Positions 27,301 through 36,300 of a DNA stretch of 64,000 bases are shown piece by piece (positions within the stretch are counted from its first letter, which is position 1; every line of letters begins with the position of its first letter). Made by a program: the position numbers and the translations under genes. The notes below the pieces were generated by a model, which saw nothing but the letters and a program-made list of their open reading frames with translations, was not told the DNA's origin and searched no databases. This DNA is from a virus: the IMG/VR virus record IMGVR_UViG_3300050821_008162, positions 5,430 through 69,429 of that record. One strand, 5' to 3'.

Positions 27301-30300
27301 GCGCGCTCGAGCAGTTCGAGCTTGCCGATCTGCGCCGCGGTCTTGACGCGTTCCAACTGCAACGGGTCGCCCGACGCCAACGCCGCGATCTCGGCCATGT
27401 CGACCGAGTCCTCGTCGTCGAAGTCCATATTGAAGGCACCCTCGTATTTGCGGATGCCGTTAATCATCTTCAGCTTTTGCGAGTTGAGATCCCACATCTT
27501 CGCGTCGATGGTGCGCTCAGTCGCATAGGCGAGGATTTCGAGCTCGAAATCGTCTCCGTACTTGTCGAGCAGGCTATTGCCCTGCCGGATGCCGCGGCCC
27601 TCGCGCTGCTCGATGTCGGAGGGCTTCCAGGTGACGTCGGCGTGGTGGAGGCCGACGATGCGCTCCTGCACGTTGGTGCCGGCGCCCATGCGCGGGGTCG
27701 AGCCGATCAGCACCCGGACCGTGCCGTCGTTCACGGCGTCGAACAGCGCCTTCTTCTCGGCGTCGTTCTGCGCCTCCTGGACAAAGCGGATTTCGTCTGC
27801 GGGGATGCCGCGCGCGATGAGGTTGCGCTTCAGTTGATCGTAGGCGTTCCAGCCGCCAGCCTGGGCGGCGCGCAGTTCCTCTATTTCCTGGGGGTTGAAC
27901 CGGTCGAGCGCGTCCTGCACGGTTTGCAGCGCGTCCTCGTCATTGGCGAGGATCGCCTCCTCGCGCTTCTTCATCAGCGCGTCGTATTCCGCGATGAGCT
28001 TGTCGTCGCCCTTCGATTTCGGAACAGAGCGGTCGAGGAACACGAGTTGCGTGCCGGCGTCCTTGTCCCAGTGCTTGTAAATGCGCGCGACGTTGTCCGA
28101 GATCACGTCGAGCTTGCCGCCCTCCTCCTTGCTCGGGGAGAACCGTGATGCCGCACGCGCGTCGAGCGAGACCTTGCGGGCGCGGTCCATGAGGCGCAAC
28201 CGCTCGGCGTTGCGGATGTCAGGGTCCGGCTCGTTCGGCAGATCATTGAAACCGGCGACGATCTCCTGAAGGATGCGCTCCTGCTCCTTGGTCGGCTTGA
28301 CCACCACCTCCTTGCGGCCGCCGGTCTTGACCTTCGGGACCGGGAAACGCTCGCCCTTGTTGTCCTCGGCGTACCACTTGTCGAGATCGCCCTGGGTCAC
28401 GGCGTCGGTGACGGAATAGTAGAGTTCCATCAGCGAGCGCATGTTCGACCAGGACCGGCCCAGCCGCGTCACCTCCTTGAGACCGCCCGCCTCGGTCGGC
28501 TCGAACTTCGCTTCCGCCGTCACGTACTGCGAGCGCCAGGCGTCGAAATTCTCCAGGCCGAGTTCGCGCAACTCGTCCGGCGCGAGGTAGCGCAGCATCG
28601 TATACATCTCGACGGCGCTGTTCGAGATCGGCGTGCCGGTGGCGAAGGCGACGGCGCCGTTCGGATTCTCGCGGAGCGTCCTGATCTTAGTGTAGAGATC
28701 GAACGCCTTCTTCGATCCCGACTTGGTGCCCATTCCTCGGACGCCGGTGAGGTTCGAAGAATAGAACAGGTTTTTGAACTCGTGCGCCTCGTCGACCATG
28801 AGATAGTCGACGCCCATCTGCTCGAAGGTGAGCAGGTTGTCCTTCTTGCGGCCCTTGAGCGCATCGATGCGGCCCTGGATCCGGTTCGCGAGCGCCTCGG
28901 CCTCCTTCACGCCGAGCGGCTTGCGACGCCCGCTGTAGCCCTCGGCCGCTGCCGCCTCCTGCGCCTCTTTGATGGCCTCCTGCGCCATGCGGAGTTCCTC
29001 GGTGAGGAATCGCAACTCCGTGTCCGGCGAGATGTTGATGAAGAAGAACGAGGAGTGCGGGACGATCACGGCGTCCCAATCGCCGGTCGCGATCTTGGCG
29101 AACAGCTTGCGGCGGTTCGTCCGGTCGAACTGGTTTGCGCCGGCGGCCAGCACCTTGGCGGCCGGATAGAGCCGATAGAAATCCGACGTCCACTGCGAGA
29201 CGAGATGGTTCGGCACCACCACCATGGGCTTCTTCGAAAGGCCCATGCGGCGGCGTTCCATGATCGTCGCCACACCGGTGAAGGTCTTTCCCGCGCCGAC
29301 GACGTGGTCGTACAGCACAAACTTGGATTGGATGCCGCGCCACGCCGCGTTCAGCTGGTTGCGGCGCAATCGGATGACCGCGTCCGGCACCTTCCCGGGG
29401 AGACTGAGGTGCTGCCCGTCCCACTGGCGGGTGACGCGCGTGTTGAATTTCGTGTTGAAGATGTCGACGAGCTTGTTCCTGCGCTCGGTGTCGCGGAACA
29501 CCCACTCGGAGAACTCGTTGGAGATTTCGTTCGCCTTCAGCTGGGCGAGCGCGGTCAATTCCTGGTCGAGGTATCGCGTGCCATTCTCATCCGGCTCGGT
29601 ATAAATCTTAATGGCCCGACTATTGAGCAAGCGACCGAGCAGCCATTGGAACGACGCATCGTCGGTGCGCCACTGCCGCAGCTTCTCGCTGTCACCATGG
29701 ACGCCGACGTCCACCTCGAAGGCGTTCGTCAGCTTGTGGTACTTCACCGTGCCCTTGCCGCCGGCGAGGTGCTGGATGAAGTCCTCGTAGACCTTCGGGG
29801 GCACCCAGTTCGCACCGATCACCGCCTGGACCTGCTCGGCGGTCCACCGCTCCGGCTGCACGGCCTTGAGATCGCGGACGTTGTCCTCAAGCCCCGCCGC
29901 CTGCGCCGCCTTGAGCTTCTGCACCACATGGCCGGTGAGGTAGGCGTCGCGCGGGACGTGCTGCTGTGCCTCCGGGTCGAGATAGACGAGGGGCTTCGGG
30001 CCCTCGGTCATCATCTCGATCGCGCGCTCCTTCGGCACGCCGAGGAGCCCGGCAATGCGGTCCATGTCGATGTGGCCGAAATCCGAGAGCGAAACCTGAA
30101 GGGCCTCGGCCGGCGTCTGCACTCGCTGCACCGGCTCGAATTTCGGCACCACGCGGGTTTTCAGGATCGGCGCCGGCGTGGCGGACGCGGGCTTGGGCTT
30201 TTCACCCAGCCGTTTCGCCTTCGCTTCCGAGACGCCGCGGCGATAGTTGAGTTCGAGCGCCTGGACGAGCGCACCGTCGGGCATCTCGGAGACCAGCGAC

Positions 30301-33300
30301 GAATTGCCCTGGTCGTTGAGCAGGCCATGCCGCTTGGTGAAGCCCTCGTAGGCCGCGCGCAGCTTGGCGCGGTTGGCCTCCATGTCCTTGGCCGGCGCGT
30401 CCTCGGACTCGAGCACCAGCTGGCGCTTGGTGAGATCGCGCAGGTCGACGAGCTCGCGCAGCCGCTTGAACTTCGCCACGCCGAGACGCTGGCCCTGCGG
30501 CACCTCGTTGTTCTCGAAATAGGTGCGCTTGTAGATGAGCCGACCCTGGGCGGTCTTGTATTTCTCGTCGGGCTTGGCGGCGGCCGCCTGCTTCTCCGCC
30601 TCGGCGGCCTGAAGGCGAAGGTGGTGGGCATTGCTGACGTTTTGCAGCTTGTCCTCGGCCTCCGCCCTCGCGCGCATCTGCGCCGCGACCTCGCGCAGAG
30701 CGACCTGCTTCAGCTGCGGCTCGAGCGCGTACCAGCGGCCCTCGGCGTCCTGGAAAAGCTGCTTCGACCATGGCGTGGTCGGGCCCAACCCGCGCCGCGC
30801 CATCTCGAAGCCGCCGGAGGGCGTCTCGCGCTCGTAGACCTGGGAGAGCTTGCCGTCCTTGACCTCGATGTGGCCGGGCTCGTGGCCTTCGACCGCGATC
30901 TTGAGCGCCTCCGCCATCTTCTCGTGGCGGGCGATCGAGCGGTCGAGCACCTCCTTGTTGAGGTCGAGCACGTCCTTCGGCAGTCGCGCGATCGCCTCAT
31001 CGAGCAGCTTGCTGATGTCCGCACCCTTTTCCAGGGTGACCGACAACTCGTTCTCCTTGTGCATCCCGCGCACGAACTCGAATTTGCCCAGAACCATGTG
31101 CCGGTTCATGGCGAAGTACGAGTTGATGTGCACGTCCTCGCCGGCAGGGTCCTTGATCGTGCTGGTGTCGATCCAGTCCGGCAACTCCGCGGCGGCGGTT
31201 TTCTTCTCGTCGGGGGAGGATTTGCGGCTGGCGAGCGTGTCGAGGAGTTCGCGGACCTTGCGCTCCTCGGCCGGCGTGTGCCGCTGCATGAACACGATGT
31301 CGGTGACGACGTCGGTGCGCGCGTTCTCGCGGAACGCGGTCTCGGGCAGGCGGATCGCGCCCAAGAGCTTGCCGCGCGCCGCCATTTCTCTGCGCGAGGT
31401 GGGGTCCTGCGCGTCCAAGAGATAGCGCGACACCACGGCGGCGTGGATGCCACCCGGCTGGAGCACGTCGAGGCCGGCGAGGAAAAACTGATTGTGGATC
31501 GAGTGCTCGTTGTATTCCGGCTTGTATTTGAAATGCAGCTTCTCGGAACCAAACGGCGGGTTGCCGATGTTGAGCACCGCCTCGCCGTCGGAGAGCGGGA
31601 CATATTGCAGGCCGGAGTGCAGGATGGTGTCCTGCGGGTAGAGTTGCTGGGCGATGCGCTGGGTGAGGCTGTCGTACTCGACACCGATGAAGCGCGTATT
31701 TCCCGCAAGGTGGTCTGGCACGAGACCGAGGAAATTGCCGGTCCCGCTCGACAACTCCATCGTGAGACCGCCCCGGAAGCCGAGACGATCGACCGCCTTC
31801 CACATGGCGTCGATGACGGCCTTGGAGGTGTAGTGGGCGTTGCGGGTCGAGCGGCGGGCCGCGTGCATCTCCTCCTTGGTCAGGAGGGAGGCGAGTTCCT
31901 CGGCGCGCGCTTTCCACTCCGGCTTGTCGGAGAAGGCGTTGGCGAGGCCGCCCCAGCCGACGTAGCGGGCGAGCGCGCGCTGTTCATCCGCGGTCGCGCG
32001 GCGGCCGTCACGCTCGATCGCCTTGAGGATGCGGATGGCCGCGAGGTTGTCGTTGAACTTGACGGTCTCGCCGCCCTTGCCGAGCTCGACCTCGTCGGTG
32101 ATCCGGAAATTGACCTTGGGGAGAGACGGCGCCTCCTCGGGCGCTACGTCGGCGGGTTCTTCTGGTATTCCCTTTCGGCTTCCGCGAGTTCTTTTCGCTC
32201 CCACGCCGGATGACCCGCCCCGGGCTCGGGGTCGAGCAGGATGTGGTGCTTCAGCGCCACCTCCTCCGCCTCGTGGGCCTGATACCCCTTGTCCCTCATC
32301 AGGTGGTCGATTTCCTTCTGCGCCAGCAGCGCCGCTCCCCGCAGGGCTTCGCTCAGACGGCCCTCCTGCTTCAGGGCGGCCACCTTCTTCGGCAGCCACT
32401 GGACCCAGTGCTTCCTCGCCAGGTGCTCCAGGTTCGCCACGCTCATGGGCGGTCTCCTCGGTGGGAATATGCGCCTGCGGCTGGGACGCCGCAAGGTCGC
32501 CCTCGACGTCCTTCATCGCCTCGCGGATCGCCTGGGCCCGGGACCACCCGCCGCCGCCCGGGATGACGCCGCCCTTCTCAATCCGGACGCCTTTCTCCAC
32601 GCGGGTGTAGTAGATGCCGCCGCCGCGTCCCTCGTGGATCTGGTAGTCGACGCCGCCCACCCGCGTCGCGCCGCGCTCGGTCAGTTCGCGCTCGGCGCGC
32701 GCCGCCGGGGTTTCCTTGGTGGCCTTCGGTTCGCGCTCCTTCTCGCGCGCCATGTCGACGAGGTCGGTCTGCTTGCTCTCGTCGCCGAACAGCCCTTCGT
32801 CCGCAGGCTTCTGCGCCTTGGTCGGCTTGAGCTTCTCGTCCGCCTTGCGCTGCGCCTGCTCGCCCTCGGTGATTTTCTCAGCGCCTGGGATGACGGTCTG
32901 CTCGCCGGCGGGTGTGGCCTCGGTGGTCGGCTCGCCTTTCGTCGGCCAATTCGGGATCGGCTTCGGCTTGATGTTGCCGGAGAGGAAGAACTCATTGTCA
33001 GGATCGCGGGAGAATTTCGCCACGCCTGACCCAGCGACGCGACTGCGCTCGGCAAAATGGGTGGTGACGTCGATATAGACCATGTGCCCGTGGTCGCCAG
33101 CCTCGTGCACGTACCACTTCGCGATCTCGGGCTTGTCCGTGAACCACCGGCCGCGCGCGTTGGTGATGCCTCGCTCGTCCTGCGCCTGCTTGAGCCATTC
33201 CGGCAGCGGCTTCGGCTCGCCAGCGTATTCGCCGCGATAGAGACGGGTGTGGTTCTCGTTCAGTTTTGGCAGCGCGTCGATCGCCGCCTGCTCGGCCTCG

Positions 33301-36300
33301 GTCAGGCGCTCGTTGGCCGGCTTTTCGCCGCCAGTCTCGCCAGCGCCAGGTGCGTGCCCGCCCGCTTGTGGTACTTCGGCCGCTCCTTCGCCGGCGCGCT
33401 CTCCGCCTTCTTGCGCAGGTACTTCGCGAGATCCCGGTGCTGGGTGGGACTGAGGCTCACTGAAAGTCTCCTCCAACTCATCATAGTGCGGTGCGTCGGG
33501 CTCGACCATGCCGCTGTTGAGCTCGTTGGTGACAAGGGCGCGGTCGAGGGCGTCGTCGGGTGAAAGCCCGTGGTCGACCATCAACTGGATCGCGAGGTTG
33601 CGATCCTCGTCCAGGATGGTTCCGAAGCTGTTTTCGGTCAGGAAGTCGTCGAGGCGGTGGCCCGCGTCGCGCTCCGCCATGTAGCGGCTCTCGTCGTCGG
33701 CGCGCTCCTGGGCGTGACGATCGCCGTGCTCCTGGCCGATGGGGAACTGTTTGTTCCCGCGCATCTCCTCGGCGATCATGTCGAGGATGTCTGCCTCCGT
33801 CAGGGTGTCCGGCATGCCCTCGGGCTGGTTCTCGACGTAGCCGGCCTCACGCATCTGCTCGGTGAGTTCGTGGAGGGAGAGGCCGCCCTTGCGCAGCACC
33901 GGTCGCGGACCCTGGTTGGGCGCGATCGCGCGGGTGCTCTCGTCGAGGCCCATGTGCCGCAGGTCGGGCGTCGGCGCGAGACCGCCGCGGGCCGCGATGA
34001 AGGGAAGAAGGGAGACCGGCCCCTTTATAACGCGGGGAGCGCGGGGACCTTTGGCAGGCCGCCCTTGCCCGGGCTTGGCGGCTTCGGAAACGCCGGCGGG
34101 GCGCTCCCCGCTGGAGGCGCCCCGCTCCCGGTCGGGGGTACCCCGGCCGCCTTCACCCCCGGCACCGCCGGCTTCGCCTGCGGGGTGTCGCTCGTGATCT
34201 TGGGCACCTTCACCGGCTTGGGCGCGTGGAGTTTCGCCACCTTCGCCGCCGCGTGCAGCACCTTCTGGGTGCTGTTGTTCGGTCGGGGCAGCCTCCCCAC
34301 CAGCTGCGGCGCTTGATGACGGAGAGCGTACGCCGCGTTCAGATGGCTGCTTGGGTTCCAGTATTGCGTCGGCTTTTGGGCCATAAATTTTCCTCACCTG
34401 ATCGGGGGGAAGGCCATCACGGACCGCGGCGCGGCCGGCGGCGATCTGGATGGCGTCGGGGGCGCTGTGGCCCTCGTCGCGCATGATCTCGGCCGCCTCG
34501 GCGATGTGCGCAGGAGGAACGTCATTGAGATTGACGCCGGCCCGCTGGTACTCGGCCTCGACGGCGCCGTAGTGCTCCGGCTCGACCCGGCTCTGTTTCT
34601 GCCGGTCCGCGAGCACTTGCTCGAGCGGCTCGACGCCGACGGTGTTGCCAGGCGACTTGGCCGCATCCATCGCCGCGGTCTGCTCGGGCGCGGTCTGCTC
34701 GGTGCCCGCCGCGGAGCGTACCTCGTTCCCGTCCTGGTCGCGCTCGACGACGGTGGCCGGCTTCTCGCCTGCCTCCATTCGCTTCGCGACGTCGTCCTTG
34801 GAGAACGGCCCGAGGCCGAGCAACTCGTTCTCGCGGCCCTGGTCGGACAGGGTACGGATCTGCCCCGCGTCGACCTGTTTCGGGTCGTAGTGGAACACGC
34901 CGCGCGGGGTGTCGACGCGCTGCATGCCCTTGGGCAGCGGGAGTTCCCGTGTCCCCTTCGGGAACATCTGGACCGCACGCTCGCCCTTGACCAGCTGCTC
35001 CTGCTGGGCGCGCAGCGTCGCGTCGGTCTCGGGGACGTTCTGGCCGGTGTCGTTTTCCGGCGAAACCTTTTGCCCTTCAGGGGGTTGGGAAGTGCGATGG
35101 CCGGCCGGTGCTGACGTTCCGCCGCCCTCGCTTTCAGGACCGGCCGCTGGCGGAGGCGTCGCGGCCGGTTCTTCTTTGTTTTCAGCGGCTTGGGCGCCCT
35201 CGGCGGGGGCCTGCTCGACGGGCTTTTTGAGGTTCGCCGGGTTCTTCTTCCATTCCTTGAAGTGATCGACCGAAAACGCTGACAATCCACCGATTTCGCC
35301 TTTCGTCTTGCCGGTGGAACCGAGATAGGCGGCCAATGCCTCTTCGGGGCTGCGGAACCCGATGAACCCTTTGTGCTGACGAAACAATCCGCTCTCGCGG
35401 TCCTTCTCGTCGAGGACAAAGACGTGCGGGCTGTCGAGGTGCCTCCCGACGAAGTAGTCGAAGTTGTCCCCGTCGTTGCCGAGCGCGTCCTTGTCCTCCC
35501 CGTAGGCGGAGGCCATCGTGGATTCCCCCGGCTCGCCGGTCTCCGGGACGGTCCAGCGCCGGGTGCCGCCCGCGCCGGTCTGGAGCTTGAGCCGGATGCC
35601 GTTCCAGGTCGCGTGCGCCTGCTGGAAGTTCCCGGCCTCGCCCTGCCGGTGGGTGTGGTCCTCGTCGATGATCGAGGTGGCGCGCTCGAGATCCTCCGCG
35701 GTGCGCAGTTCGATGGGGTTGTTGCGGGAACCGTCGCCCTCCGGCTCGATCTCGGCGAGGCGCGCGGCGCGCTGCTTCGGCGACCAGCCCTTGATGACGT
35801 CGTCCGAATAGCCGGCCTCGCGCAGCCGGGCGTTCGCGGCCTCGAAGTCGCCTGCCGGCTGATCTCGCTCCTGACCAGCCTCGGGCGCTTCCTCATAGAC
35901 GGCGTCAACCGGTTCACCGTTATGGCGGACCCATTCGTCGCGCTGGCGAATCGTCTCCGCGGTTGCCGGCTTCGGTGGCCCGAACTGCTTGGCCTCTGCC
36001 TGCAACTGGGTGCGGGCGCCCGCGTAGGCGCTTTCCGGAATTTTCGGCTTTTGGCCACTTCGCTTGCGATTCCACTTCTCATACTGCCGCGCGTAGCGAG
36101 GGTCGTTCTTGATCGCGTAGTAATGGGCGGCAAAATGCGCGATGTCGTCGACCGAGTAGCCGAGGTTCATCCCATAGTCGCGGTGCCAGATCAGCGTCTC
36201 GTGCGTTCCGCGCGGCTCGACCGGCGTGCGGGCGATGCGGTCGAAATTCGGCCGCGCACCCGGCTCCGCCGGGCCAACGACGCCGCGCTCAGCCGCCGCT

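Noticed and set aside
28782-32213. 1143-aa plus-strand ORF (and similar ones: 189-1982, 23106-25211, 46260-48356, 56199-59075, 59470-61596)
   Set aside because: Antisense shadows of real high-GC3 genes; no motifs or ribosome-binding sites seen
34394-36133. 579-aa +1-frame ORF within the giant gene
   Set aside because: Arg/Ser/Thr-rich shadow translation over conserved host domains, no SD; unlike nested ORFs A-C
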